Shown: one piece after another, positions 50,188-63,953 of the stretch | Layout of the letters: every line of letters starts with the position of its first letter | Position numbering within the stretch: position 1 is the stretch's first letter | Origin: Squalus acanthias | Taxonomy: Eukaryota | Direction of reading: 5' to 3' | Assembly (NCBI GenBank): GCA_030390025.1 | Contig: CM059432.1 | Span: 93,374,001 to 93,438,000 of the forward strand | Length of the DNA stretch: 64,000 bases | Program-made: the position numbers and the translations under genes | Notes under the pieces: model-generated | What the model was told of the DNA's origin: nothing | The model's input: the letters and a program-made list of their open reading frames with translations, nothing else | Databases searched by the model: none

Positions 50188-53100
50188 ATTAGATTGAAAG
50201 AAGAAGAATAGTAGTAAGCCTGAGGATTGGGAGAGTTTCAGAAACCAGCAATGGATGACCAAAAATTTGATAAAAAGGGAAAAAATAGAATGAGAGAAAA
50301 CTAGTAAGAAAAACAAAAAGTTTGTAAGAGCTTCTACAAGTATGTAAAAAGCAAGAGAGTAGGTAAGTGTTGGTCCCTCAGAGGCTGGGACAGGAGAAAT
50401 TATTATGGAGATTAAGGAAATGGCAGAAATGTTAAACAAATACTTTGTATCTGTCTTCACAGTAGAAGACACAAAAAGCATACCAAAAATAGTGGGGAAC
50501 CAAGTGGTTAATGAGAGTGAGGAACTTAAAGTAATTAAGATCAGTGGAGAAAAAGTACTTGAGAAACTAATGGGACTAAAAGCTGAAAAATCCTCTGGAC
50601 CTGATGGACTACATCCTAGGATTCTAAAAGAAGTTGCTGCAGAGACAGTGGATGCATTGGTTGTGATCTTCCAAAATTCCATAAATTCTAGAATGGTCCC
50701 AGCGGATAGGAAGGTAACAAATGTAACCTCGCTATTCAAGAAAGGAGGAAGAGAAAACAGGGAACTACAGGCCAGTTAGCCTGACATCATTCATCAGGAA
50801 AATGCTGGAATCCATTATTAAGGAAGTGGTAACAGGGCACTTAGAAAATCATAATATGATTAGACAGAGTCAACATGGTTTTATGAAAGGGAAATTGTGT
50901 TTAACAAATTTATTAGAGTTTTTTGAGGATGTAACTAGCAGGGTAGATAAAGGAGAACCAGTGGATTTCCAAAACGCAATGAGGTGCCACATAAAAGGTT
51001 GTTACACAAGATAAGGGCTCATGGGGTTGGGGTGATATATTAGCATGGATAGAGGATTGGTTAACGACAGAAAAGAGAGTAGGGATAAACGGGTCATTTT
51101 CCGGTTGGCAGACTGTAACTAGTGGGGTGCTGCAAGGATCAGTGCTTGGGCCTCAGCTATATATTAATGACTTAGATGAAGGGACCGAGTGTAATGATTC
51201 CAAGTTTGCTGACGATACAAAGCTAGATGGGAAAGTAAGCGGTGAGGACACAAAGAGACTTCAAAGGGATATCAGCAGGTTAAGTGAGTGGGCAATAAGG
51301 TAGCAGATGGAGTATAATGTGGGGAAATGTGAGGTTATTCACTTTGATAGGAATAGAAAAACAGAATTTTTTTTAAATGTTGAGAAACTATTAAATGTTG
51401 GTGTTCAGAGAGATTTGGGTGTCCTCGTGCAAGAAACACAGAAAGCTAGCATGCAGGTACAGCAAGCAATAAGGAAGGCAAATGGCCTTTATTGCAAGGG
51501 GGTTGGCATATAAGAGTAAGGAAGTCTTGCTACAATTGTACAGGGCCTTGGTGAGACCACACCTGGAGTACGGTGTACAGTTTTGGTCTCCTTATCTAAG
51601 GAAGGATATACTTGCCTTGGAGGCAGTGCAACGAAGGTTCACTGGATTGATTCCTGGGATGAGAGGGCTGTCCTATGATGAGAGATTGTGTCGAATGGGC
51701 CTATACTCTCTGGAGTTTAGAAGAATGAGAGGTGATCTCATTGAAACATACAAGATTCTGAAGGGGATTGACAGGGTAGATGCTGAAAGTTTGTTTCCCC
51801 TGGCTGGAGTGTCTAGAACTAGGGGGCATAGTCTCAGGATAAGGGGTAGGCCATTTAAGGCCAAGATGAGGAGGGGTTTCTTCACTCTGAGGGCTGTGAA
51901 TCTTTGGAATTCTCTGCCCCAGAGGGCTGTGGATGCTGAGTCTTTGAGTATATTCAAGGCTGCGATAGATAGATTTTTGGACTCATGGGGAATCAAGGGA
52001 TATAGAGATTGGGCGGGAAAGTGGAGTTGAGGTCGATGATCAGCCATAATCTTATTGAATGGCGGAGCAGGCTCGAGGGGCCGTATGACCTACTCCTGCT
52101 CCTATTTCTTATGTTCTTATAACCTGCCCTGTTCTCGACTCTTCCCAATTTATTTAATCACTAAGGGAATGTTGACCACTGTTCCACTGCCGATCAGATT
52201 AATTTTTAAAATAAAAATTAACTGATAAATTGATTTAATTAAATCAAGTTATGAAAGTCTATCCTAATATTTTATATATTTCATACATTCTACTTTATAC
52301 ACTGCCAGCATTAGAATGTTTTAGATTGTTAGAACAAAGAACAGAATGAGAACAGGCCATCTAACATGTTCCTTCAACAGACCATGTACAATCTAATTTA
52401 TCATGGACTACCTAACTTGTGAAATTTCCTGAGGTAATGTCCTGTAAAATTCTCTTTAAGGTCCAAAGATAATTAAGCAGAACTCCAAACTATTAACTTT
52501 ATAATTTCCATTAACCTACTTGGTTGCTTATTTCCATGATCCCAGGAAATCTAGCAAGTATTGTTTTCCATGCAGTCTTTTAACTCCATCTGACCTTAGA
52601 TTACAACATTCAATCCTTGCTGGCTAATCTAATCTCCCGAGGGAAGGCACTGCAAAGTTCCTCCCAATTGCAAAGGTAATCAAATGAAACGGTAAAACAT
52701 CCATCTATACTTGCACTCCATTACTTGAGCCTGGCCAGACGTGGAAATGTGGTGAAGGTGATGATCCTAAAAAGGAGACTCTGGCTGAACAGTGATTTTT
52801 TTTTTAAGGAAAAAAAGTATTTTTGCTTGTAATATTTTTATTATGATTAGAAAAGGGTGTATTTTTCAGATAAATACAAAGGAGTAGGGTCACTGCTGGG
52901 CCTGACCTTGGAGTATCCTCTTTGCAATTAATTGTTCTGCAAACTTTGTTTTTAATGGTTACAGTAAAAAAGGAGCTCGAAACTTGGCAGGAAAGGTATT
53001 ATTAAATGCAATAACCTTCAAATTATGGAAACTTTTTCAGATGCCCAGATTGTTGTTGCACTCTCTTGTCTCACACTCTACAGAAGAAATACCTCAGGTT

Positions 53101-53514
53101 TTTTGATTCACTTATGTAAAGGGGCAGGAGATACAGCAGAGTAATGGAGGCATCTGTTAATTGTGAACTAGCACCCAACAGGTACAGCAAACTACACAAA
53201 AATGTGGTTCAAGATGGAAACCACATGTTCATAGTCAAACCAAGGCCTTAATTTGGAGGCTGTTGAAGATGGCTAACATGTGCCTAAGTCCGGGAACACA
53301 AAACCCTTATCTAACAAACTAGTTACTTGAAGAACTAATCTGGAGGAATTGTGCCAGATCTGACTTGAGAATGGCTGCAGATCAATGCTTAATTTAACTG
53401 CCTGCCGTGTTTGTCAATAGATCATGCCTGATTGTATATTTAGGCCTGAAAGAACTGTACTGCAAACCACATTACTCCAATGAGATTACATTAACTAATC
53501 CAGCTGGGTTTTTT

Positions 53515-54390
53515 TTGTATTCGTTCCTGGGATTTGGGCGTTGCTGGCAAAGCCAGCATTTATTGCCCATCCCTAATTGGCTTTGAGAAGGTGGTGGTGA
53601 GCCGCCTTCTTGAACCGCTGCTTGTGGTGAAGGTATTCCCACAGTGCTGTTAGGAAGGGAGTTCCAGGATTTGACCCAGCGACGATGAAGAACGGCGATA
53701 TTTTTCCAAGTTAGGATGCTTTGCAACTTGGAGGGGAACTTGCAGGTGATGGTATTCCCATTCGACTGCTGCCCTGGTCCTTCTGGGTGGTAGAGATCGT
53801 GGGTTTGGGAGGTACTGCCGAAGAAGCCTTGGCGAGTTGCTGCAGTGCATCTTGTAGATGGTACACACTGCAGCCACGGTGCACCGGTGGTGCAGGGAGT
53901 GAGTGTTTAAGGTGGTGAATGGAGTGCCAATCAAGCAGGCTGCTTTGTCCTGGATGGTGTCAAGCTTCTTAAGTGTTGTTGGAGCTGCACCCATCCAGGC
54001 AAGTGGAGAGAATTCCATCACATTGCTGACTTGTGCCTTGGAGATGGTGGAAAGTCTTTGAGGTGTTAGGAGGTGAGACACTCGCCGCAGAATACCCAGC
54101 CTCTGACCTACTCTTGTAGCCACAGTATTTATGTGGTTGGTCCAGTTAAGTTTCTGGTCAATGGTGACCCCCAGGATGTTGATGGTGGGGGATTCGGCGA
54201 TGGTAATGCCATTGAATGTCAAGGGGCGGTGATCAGACTCTCGCTTGTTGGAGATAATCATTGCCTGGCACTTGTGTGGCGTGAATGTTACCTGCCACTT
54301 ATCAGCCCAAGCCTGAATGTCGTCCAGGTCTTACTGCATTCGGGCATGGACTGCTTCATTATCTGAGGAGTTGCGAATGGAACTGAACAC
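53515..54390 (-). mobile_element. 3' fragment of the LINE family seen at 59217-62300
   Basis: ORF 53650-54261 matches 61460-62256 (INILGVTIDQKLNW, LHHR..VAAVCTIYKMHC). Confidence 0.88.
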
Positions 54391-54749
54391 TGTCTCTAAC
54401 ATCTCTAGGAGGCAGTGGTGAGCAGTTTTTGGAGGTGCTGTCCATTGAAGCTGATGTGTGTGATGACCGAGTTTCTTTCTAAATATTTCCATTGCATCAA
54501 CAACCAAAGAGCAGTTTTCCTTCAGATGAGTGATCCAACAGCTTAAATAGTAGCTCTTCAGCAAAGCCTGAAATTACTACAGAATTGGAGGAAGACTACA
54601 GGGATACAGAAGAGAATTTTGTTTGCTTTCCAGTCATTACACATGTTCTGTGTTGAATAAACTTGACCTGGAGTTTGTGCTTTTCTATTATTTGGGCTGC
54701 AAGTGCAGTCCTGCAGGTTCATTCCTGGTGCATGGATGGGTTGAGTTTT

Positions 54750-55150
54750 TTTAAATTCGTTTATGGGATGTGGGTGTCGCCGGCAAGGCCAGCATTTATT
54801 GCCCATCCCTAATTGCCCTCGAGAAGGTGGTGGTGAGCCATCTTCTTGAACTGCTGCAGTCTGTGTGGTGAAGGTACTCCCACAGTGCTATTAGGTAGGG
54901 AGTTCCAGGATTTTGACCCAGCGATGATGAAGGATCAGCGATATACTTCTAAGTCAGGATGGTGTGTGACTTGGAGGGGAACTTGGAGGTGGAGGTGTTC
55001 CCATGCGCCTGCTGCCCTTGTACTTCTAGGTGGAAGAGGTCGCGGGTTTGGGAGGTGATGCCGAAGAAGCCTCGGCGAGTTGCTGCAGTGCATCTTGTAG
55101 ATGGTACACACTGCAGCCACGGTGCACTGGTGGTGGAGGGAGTGAATGTT
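54750..55150 (-). mobile_element. Shorter 3' fragment of the same LINE family
   Basis: AAVCTIYKMHCSNSPRLLR plus the shared 3' tail. Confidence 0.85.
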
Positions 55151-56042
55151 TAGGTGGTGGATGGAGTGAAGGCATCTTGTCTAGAGGTTCACTTTCTAGC
55201 ACTTTACACATTCTTATGGTCGTCTTTTGGAAAGTAGAAACAAACTTTAAACTCAATGGAAGGCATCAAAATCCTTCATGATGGATTTCCTGTTAGAGTA
55301 ACAGCAAGATACTGGTACCAATAGGAGAAAACTAACTGAGGATCAGTTCATATAGTGCTTTAGTAGTGTGGAGTCTAAATGGTTCTCAAGTCTAAAACAG
55401 AAAAATCTCTTAAAGAGACGCAGTCACTGTGGTTGCACCCCGTCAAATGATGGACCCAATTCTAATTTATTTGGAGCATAAGCAAATAAGGAAAAAGTTA
55501 AGGTTTAGATGCTTATTGCTATGTGTATTCATTTTCTAATGATTTTTGTCCCACATAGCTATTTACTAAAGCACCTCCACCATAAGAGAAATGCTTTGTT
55601 TTACTGTGCACTCAGAATTCTTTAATTTATGACAATACACCCCATCTTTCTGTCCCCCAAATAAAATTAACTGACAAATATAAAAGTGCTGAGTTCACTC
55701 TACTGCATTCTGTAAAGAACACAGCTGCACTAATTGCAGGTACTTATTTCTGCAATTTAATCCCAGTTACTATGTGCATAAAAACAAGCCCACAGAAAAA
55801 AAATCACCAAGAAACTCCTCCTATTCATACACCCAGAAATCATTTCTCCCTCCTCAAAAGCCTGGTTCAACAGGGATAAATTACCTTTTCATTAATGCAC
55901 ATGAGCAGGAGCAGATGCAGTAAGGAAATATTTCCTCCTTACATTCTATTTACAAGGTACCTAGTATAAGAAATGCCAAGCAAATATTTTTAAAATAAAA
56001 GCCTAGAATGTGTGTCTCAGGAGGTGCTAAATCATCCCACAG

Positions 56043-56414
56043 TTAAACTTCAGGGTTATTCATGTTTTGTTTCTGTTGCAATTCACAGATGCTTTCGTAA
56101 TGGTTCTCTCCTTCTGCGCACAGGGATTGGTTTCCATTAGATTCAGTCTCCTGTTCTGGAGGTGCTTCTTTCAGAGCTCTGACAGGTTCATATCCTGGAT
56201 CAATGTCCTCCCCCACAGCATCTACAGATTCAATCTGACCTGTAACTCTGGGTTCTCTTTCATAGTCAGTTACAGATGCATATAGATGACTGGCTGTAGA
56301 CGGACGTCTTTGAGAGTTCACCTCATCAATGCTGGCATACCCACCTTCCTGCTCTGTGTCTGCTTGATACCATTGCTGTGCTGGTTTATTCACAGTGGAG
56401 TACATGGCTGCAAT
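56043..56414 (-). CDS. pag1: Last coding exon of PAG1/Cbp (Csk-binding transmembrane adaptor) or a close paralog
   Basis: Acceptor TTTCTTCCTAG then IAAMYSTVNKP...YASI...LYASV.D...DPGYEPV...ENHYESICELQQ. Motif order matches PAG1 as I recall it (ISAMYSSVNKP, YTSI, LYATV, PDYEAI, ENDYESISDLQQ). Confidence 0.82.
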   Translation of the reverse strand: MAAMYSTVNKPAQQWYQADTEQEGGYASIDEVNSQRRPSTASHLYASVTDYEREPRVTGQIESVDAVGEDIDPGYEPVRALKEAPPEQETESNGNQSLCAEGENHYESICELQQKQNMNNPEV

Positions 56415-58875
56415 CTAGGAAGAAACCATTATCCAACATTAGAATTCCAGATGGACAAAACGAGGCAAACCAAAAGATTTTTTTTTTAGTAGATTTTGGG
56501 CCCAATATGATAAGAGTTCAAAAATAACACTTTCCACTCCGTTGCTGACTAACCAAAAATAAATTTCACCAAACTCCAAAACAATACATAGTATTCTTCC
56601 ACTTGATTAGTACCATTGTATTGTAAAATTCGTAAGATCCATGTCGCAAAATGAGAGCGAGAGAAATTGGCTAAAGAGTGTTTAAAGAGTTCAGGCGTCA
56701 CATTATTTGGCGATATGAATGAATCAACTCAGCAATCTATAGGAAAACCAATGCAGACCTGACTCACTGAAGGTTTATTTTTCTGTAAATCCCCAGCTTA
56801 TCATGCACCTTATTTATACTCCTTTTTAAATCAGACTTTCCATTGCAACACAATGTTGCTCTATATGGTTGCTGTAGTAGTTTGGATCATGCGACAGTGG
56901 GTGAGTTCAATGTACAGCCAAATTAGGTGCTCACAAAGCACAAGGATTGAGCATGCAGTTATGAAAATTGTAGAATAAATTCTGAAAAAAAGAGAGATAA
57001 CTAAAGGAGCATTTGCCAATTGTAAGCATTTCACAAGAAAGATCTACTTTTTTCACTGAGATTATTTCAGTGAGCAACTGATAAATCTATGGAACAGGCT
57101 CCATAGGAGGATGGTGGAAGTAGAATGTGTTGATTCATACAAATGCAAATCAGATAGATTTATTTCAGAATATAACATTTTGGGATACAGTACATGATAA
57201 TTTGTGACATGACATATGGTTAAGTGTAGCATGCTTATTTGAGTATTCTTGGCAGTATTCATGTGGAACAACCAAGTTTTCAAAATAGGATTGGGGCTAC
57301 AGGTGTAATATGCTTTACTTAATTTTAAAAAGTTACATTGAAACTGACAGTTAGAATTACTGTAGGCTCCAAAATGCCAATAAATGTACCAAATCAAGTG
57401 TCAAAGTTCAGTGATCTGAGGGGGCATCCCCATAGAAAATAAATCTCATGTCTTCAGCACTCACATCCTATTTCAGTAATGTCTAGATCACCACTCCTGT
57501 TAACTGTGCTTCTGTGTACTGAAATTGAAGTAATGGAATATTGGGCATACTTGCAGATTAAGTTATAAGAAGTCTGTGACCCATGTGTCCCTCTGCATCT
57601 CAGTCCAACCCCTTGTCTTCATGTGCCATAAAGTCTATATTCAGTGCTTTTTTGAGCAGTTAGCTTGTTGGGGGGTGTCAGCTTTTTGCTAGATTTCTGG
57701 ATTTGCCTGTAAGCATTTGCCACATGGACTGTTTCAGTCAATGGCTGATAGCCAGCATCATGGCGGACTCATTTTAAAGTAGTGCCATCATATGCACGTT
57801 CATGTGCCATGTGATGGATCATGTGATTTGGGGAGACAAAAAGAGATGGATTCAGAATAATTAATGACAAACTATAGATTTTTAGTGTGTGTGTGATATA
57901 TTTCAATATACACTGATGCTTCCATGATGTGCCCTTTGACAGAGGATTGACATTATATGCTGCAAAGTTAAAGGATAGCATATATGTGATCACAACTGGT
58001 TGAATATACTTTTATTCTACTTTCGCAAGGTGTTCCTGCAAAATTATGATTTGGATAAATCAATGCCTGGGAACAAAAGTACAAATACTAACAGAAAGAG
58101 GATTAAGATTGTGTTTTTCTCCAGTTGTCAATCTGGAGCTGCTCTTTATTGTTTAATGTAGTGCTGGCTCAGACCTCAAATGCTGACTGTGCCGATGAAT
58201 GACCTGAAATGTTTGCTCCTGAAAGTGATGTCATATGACCATTGATCATATGGTTGTTAGCATCACAACAGACAGTTTCTGGATACCACATAAATGTACA
58301 GTATAGCAAATGAACTACAAAGGAGGGATAAAATGTAAAAATGTTAACTTGTGGATTTTAAGAAATTTCTTACTGTGTATGCTGTATTTAATGTGTATAC
58401 CTTATTACTATGTACATAACTTTTCATTTGAGATTCCTGCCATGTCAGGTTATGTCAAAACATGCAGGGTTAACGCTGTCCTAAAATGGCAACCAAAAAT
58501 GGCAGTTGATATGGAGACAAGTAGTTTTGGTAAAAGCAAAGGACGACAGACCCACAGTTCAAAGGAGTAATTCAAAGCTCTTCTCACCAACACCAGGGAA
58601 TGTGATAAAGTAACTACAACAGCCCAGTGGAGAGAGAGAGCTCTAAATAGCAGCTACTGGAAAAACTAGCCTTTAATTGCACATGCTTGTATATGCGAAT
58701 ATAAAAAAATTAATTTTTTAAGAATAACATAATACATAGACTATAGACCAGAAGGGAATTTAAAAGCATATACTTTGATAAAACGAACATGACATTTAAG
58801 ATGTAGGATACATGGCCTTGCCAGCGATGTCCACATCCCATAAATTAATAAATAAAATAGTGAAACATCACCCAC

Positions 58876-58926
58876 CTCAACCTGCGTCAATGATGGAGCT
58901 TCATCTTGAAACTTGTAGCTTTGTGC
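58876..58926 (-). CDS. pag1: Penultimate 51-nt coding exon of the PAG1-like gene
   Basis: TTGTTTTTCAG|AQSYKFQDEAPSLTQVE|GTGGGT, phase 0-0, in frame with the next exon. Resembles PAG1 SYKSREEDPTLTEEE. Confidence 0.78.
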
Positions 58927-59159
58927 CTGAAAAACAAGAGGCATTATTAAAAAAAAATCTAAAAATTCAATATAGGGTTTTGATAATTATTCTTTTAAAC
59001 TTACTACAATAACTAGATGGCAGAAACTAGGTTTAGAGTCATTTTAGATTTTTGTAATGTTGTCGATCTTTGAAAATGCATTTCTTGAACAGTATGTTAT
59101 AGCAGATCCGACTTCTGATAAAAGGAAACAATCAAAATCTCCAGAACGGAAGAGACCAC

Positions 59160-62100
59160 AAGGTAGATTTTAACTTGCTACATGGTTGTAAAACAGGCGC
59201 TGAGAATTGAAATCAATAGTATCAGTAATGGTAACCATTAAACTATCAGATTGTCGTAAAAACCCATCTGGTTCACTAATGTCCTTTAGGGAAGGAAATC
59301 TGCCGTCCTTACCTGGTCTGGCCTATATGTGACTCCAGACCCACAGCAATGTGGTTGAGTCTTAACTGCCCTCTGAAATGGCCTAGCAAGCCACTCAGTT
59401 GTAACAAACCGCTACAAAACAAAATAATAAGAATGAAACTGGACGGACCACCCGGCATCAACCTCGGCACCGGCTAAGGACACGGCAACGGCACACCCAG
59501 CCCAGTCAACCCTGCAAAGTTCTCCTCACCAACATCTAGGGACTTGTGCCAAAATTAGGAGACCTGTCCCACGGACTAGTCAAGCAACAGCCTGACAGTC
59601 ATACTCACAGAATCATACCTTTCAGCCAATGTCCCAAACTCCTCCATTATCATCCCTGGGTATGTCCTGTCCCACCGGCAGGACAGACCCACCAGGGGTG
59701 GCGGCACAGTGGTATACAGTTGGGAAGGAGTGGCCCTGAGAGTCCTCAACATTGACTCTGGACCCCATGAAGTCTCATGGCTTCAGGTCAAGCATTGGCA
59801 AGGAAACCTCCTGTTGATTACCACCTACCGCCCTCCCTCAGCTGATGAATCAGTACTCCGCCATGTTGAACACCACTTGGAAGATGCACTGAGAGTAGCA
59901 AGGGCACAGAATGTACTCTGGGTGGGGGACTTCAACGTCCATCACCAAGAGTGGCTCGGTAGCACCACTACTGTCCGAGTCCTGAAGGACATAACTGCCA
60001 GTCTGGGCCTGCGACAGGTGGTGAGAGAACCAACACGAGGGAGAAACCTACTTGAACTCGTCCTCGCCAATCTACCTGTCACAGATGCATCTGTCCATGG
60101 CAGTATTGGTAGCGGTGACCACTGCACAGTCATTGTGGAGACGAAGTCCCATCTTCACACTGAGGACACACTCCATCGAGTTGTGTGGCACTACCACGGT
60201 GCTAAATGGGATAGATTCAGCAGCTCAAAACTGGGCATCCATGAGGCGCTGTGGGCCATCAGCAGCAGCAGAATTGTATTCCATCACAATCTGTAACCTC
60301 ATGGCCCGGCACATCCCTCACTCAACCATTACCATCAAGCCAGGGGACCAACCCTGGTTCAATAAGGAGTGTAGAAGAGCATGCCAGGAGCAGCACCAGG
60401 CGTACCTAAAAATGAGGTGCCAACCTGGGGAAGCTGCAACACAGGACTACATGCATGCTAAAAAGCGGAAGCAGCATGCTATAGACAGGGCTAAGCGATC
60501 CCACAATCAACGGATCAGATCAAAGCTCTGCAGTCCTGCCACATCCAGTCGTGAATGGTGGTGGACCATTAAACAACTAACGGGAGGAGGAGGCTCCATG
60601 AATATCCCCATCCTCAATGATGGTGGAGCCTAGCACGAGTGCAAATGACAAGGCTGAAGCGTTTGCAACCATCTTCAGCCAGAAGTGCCGAGTGGATGAT
60701 CCATATCGGCCTCCTCCTGAGGTCCCCACCATCACAGAAGCCAGTCTTCAGCCAATTCGATTCACTCCACGTGATATCAAGAAATGGCTCAGCGCACTGG
60801 ATACAGCAAAGGCTATGGGCCCTGACAATATCCCGGCTATCGTGCTGAAGACTTGTGCTCCAGAACTAGCCGCACCTCTAGCCAAGCTGTTCCAGTACAG
60901 CTACAAAACTGGCATCTATCCGACAATGTGGAAAACTGCCCAGGTATCTCCTGTCCACAAAAAGCAGGACAAATCCAATCCGGCCAATTACCGCCCCATC
61001 AGTCTACTCTCAATCATCTGCAAAGTGATGGAAGGTGTCATCAACAGTGCTATCATGTGCCACTTACTCACCAATAACCTGCTCACTGATGCCTAGTTTG
61101 GGTTCCGCCAAGACCACTCTGCTCCCGACCTCATTACAGCCTTGGTCCAAACATGGATAAAAGAACTGAATTCCAGAGGTGAGGTGAGAGTGACTGCCCT
61201 TGACATCAAGGCAGCATTTGACTGAGTGTGGCATCAAGGAGCCCAAGTAAAACTGAAGTCAGTGGGAATCGGGGGGAATACTCTCCACTGGCTGGAATCA
61301 TACCTAGCACAAAGGAAATGGTTGTGGTGATTGAAGGTCAATCATCACAGCCCCAGGACATCGCTGCAGGAGATCCTCAGGGCAATGTCCTAGGCCCAAC
61401 CATCTTCAGCTGCTTCATTAATGACCTTCCCTCCAACATAAGGTCAGAAATGGGGATGTTTGCTGATGACTGCACAGTGTTCCAATGCCATTCACAACTC
61501 CTCAGATAATGAAGTAGTCCATGTCCGCATGCAACAAGACTTGGACGACGTTCAGTCTTGGGCTGATAAGTGGCAGGTAACATTCGCGCCACAGAAGTGC
61601 CAGGCAATGACTATCTCCAACAAGCAAGAGTCTAACCACCGCCCCTTGACATTCAATGGCATTACCATCACCGAATCCCCCACCATCAACATCCTGGGGG
61701 TCACCATTGACCAGAAACTTAACTGGACCAGCCACAAGAGCAGGTCAGAGGCTAGGTATTCTGTGGCGAGTGTCTCACCTCCTGACTCCCCAAAGCCTTT
61801 CTACCATCTACAAGGCACAAGTAAGGAGTGTGATGGAATAATCTCCACTTGCCTGGATGAGTGCAGCTCCAACAACACTCGAAGCTCAACACCATCCAAG
61901 ACAAAGCAGCCCGCTTGTGTGGCACCCCATCTACCACCTTAAACATTCATTCCCTCCACCACCGGCGTACCGTGGCTGCAGTGTGTACCATCTACAAGAT
62001 GCACTGCAGCAACTTGCCAAGGCTTCTTCAGCAGCACCTCCCAAACCCGCGACCTCTTCCATCTAGAAGGACAAGAGGAGCAGGCGCAAGGGAACACCAC

Positions 62101-62385
62101 CACCTCCAAGTTCCTCTCCGAGTCACACACCATCCTGGGTCGAAATCCTGGAACTCCCTAACAGCACTGTGGGAGTACCTTCACCACACGGACTGCAGCG
62201 GTTCAAGAAGGCGGCTCACCACCACCTTCTCAAGGGCAATTAGGGATGGGCAATAAATGCTGGCATTGCCAGTGACGCCCACCATCCCATAAATGAATTT
62301 TTCAAAAATGGCGCAAGTTCTGTAATGGTTTGGCCAATCCGCAATGATGGTTTTACACCTGAGCGACAAGTTAAAAATCTACCCC
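59160..62385. mobile_element. Short MITE-like shell split by the 3-kb LINE
   Basis: Left GGTAGATTTTAACTTG...TGTAAAAC and right GTTTTACA...CAAGTTAAAAATCTACCCC form an inverted pair. TSD is imperfect (CAC/CAT). Confidence 0.55.
59217..62300 (+). mobile_element. Single-ORF APE+RT LINE of the CR1/L2 group (possibly Zenon-like), degenerate, intronic and antisense to PAG1-like gene
   Basis: TYRPPS, VGDFNVHHQEWLGS, KAMGPDNIP, NYRPISLL, LDIKAAFD, QGNVLGP, FADD, with several stops and frameshifts. Sub-clade assignment is tentative. Confidence 0.85.
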
Positions 62386-63373
62386 CATCGGTCCAGAAAG
62401 TCCCACTTTGTCCAAACAGTTGTATCTGATTGCATGTTATTTTTCAAAATATTGTAATTGCCCGATTTTGCCATGAATAAATCTAAGCTACTTGCCTCAA
62501 CAACCTCTCATAGGCAAGTCTTAGTTCTCTACAACCTCAAGAGGTTTTTTTAATGGTTCTGATGAAATCTAGATGAATTTTGATAGTGTACTCAGGGAAA
62601 CAAGCAGAAAACCTTTCTGTTGAATCCACGGGATTCTGCTTGCATCTTCCAAGAAGTGGCAGACTATCACAACACCAGAATTCAATTTAGGCTTTAACTA
62701 CTTTATTAATTTACCAGAAGATGAACACACAGATAAATAAACAGTAGTAATAGTACAGTATATATTAGAAACAAGAGATGTAATAAATGGTTCAGAATAT
62801 CTATTCTAAACTATATTTTTATTATTGATTTTTATATATGCAGTTATTCTTTTCTTACATTCTTATCAACTGCTCTAATTAATCCCTTAGAAAGTTACAA
62901 ACTGGCTTGACACATTGATTTGAATAGCATAGGCTCATTAAATACCCCCCAAATACTTGCCATTGCTTTGAGAGTTTGAATAATTGTCAGCTAAATTGAA
63001 AAGGATCTATTCATCACACACATAACTGAACAGATCACAGTTGTATGTGTTTGAATTGTATGGCTTCGCTCCTCCCTGAAGCTATCTGCTTGGAGACCAG
63101 ACGGAACAGTCCTTGCAACATCTGCATCAATTTTGTTCGGTGATTTTTTTTTTAGCTGCTTATTTATTGTGACTGAATTAAAGGAATTTCTACAAAACTA
63201 AAATTAAACATGCTTCATTTTTGCCACTGGTATCTTAGGAAAATCTTTACAAAAGTGTAAGCATATCACATGTCTTCACTCAGACGGTTGTGAGTCTTTG
63301 GAATTCCCCAGCCCAAAGGGCTGTGGATGTTGAGTCTTTGAGTATATTCAAGGTGGAGATGGATAGATTTTTG

Positions 63374-63953
63374 GGGGGTTTTAGCGCCCCGAAAAAGTTA
63401 GCGCCCCCGCGGCCAATTTTCCCAGGTAGTGCCCCGAGGGGGAGGAGAGGCGCTACTGGAAGCGTCTCGCGTCCCTCTTGGGACGCTGTGAGCCAATATC
63501 GCGGCGCTGTGGCATGTCGCGCCGCGGTACTGCAGGCCTTCCTCCCCTTCTTAAAGGGGAGGGGCCTGGCGCAGCACAACCCGGGGCCCAGCTGGGCCCC
63601 CGGGGATTGGGAGTGCCGGCAAATGAGCCTGGCACTCAAGAGGTGTGCCGGGCTCACGGAGAGCAGCCGGCACCCCGCGGGAGGGCTTCACGGGGGCCGG
63701 GGACAGGTGCTGGCAGGCAGCCAGCAACAAAAATGGCCGCCCGCCACCTCCCCAATATTACAGCCGGGGCGCCGTGCACGGCGATGACATCATCGTCGGC
63801 GTTGCGGCACTAACGGTTAGCGCCGCCGCTAACCTCCCGCTGAATTTCACGGGAGGCGTTAGCGGCGCCACGCCCAAGCGCTAGCTGATTTGCGCCCCGT
63901 TAGTGCCCTCTTGGGGCGCTAATGGGGTCGCAAATCAACCGAATTTAGCCCCC
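63374..63953. mobile_element. Harbinger-type MITE inserted in a CR1 3' fragment (about 63270-64000)
   Basis: GGGGG...CCCCC termini, TTG TSD and TTAGCGCC motifs. Removing it restores GATAGATTTTTGGACTCTAGG. Confidence 0.82.

Larger units (their letters stand above)
46470..52120 (+). mobile_element. Near-full-length degenerate CR1 LINE
   Basis: ORF1 zinc finger (CRNC...HICSDC) and SGNH esterase at 47451-48359, APE/RT fragments at 48560-52030, 3' tail CCTATTTCTTATGTTCTTAT. The 5' boundary is uncertain. Confidence 0.87.
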
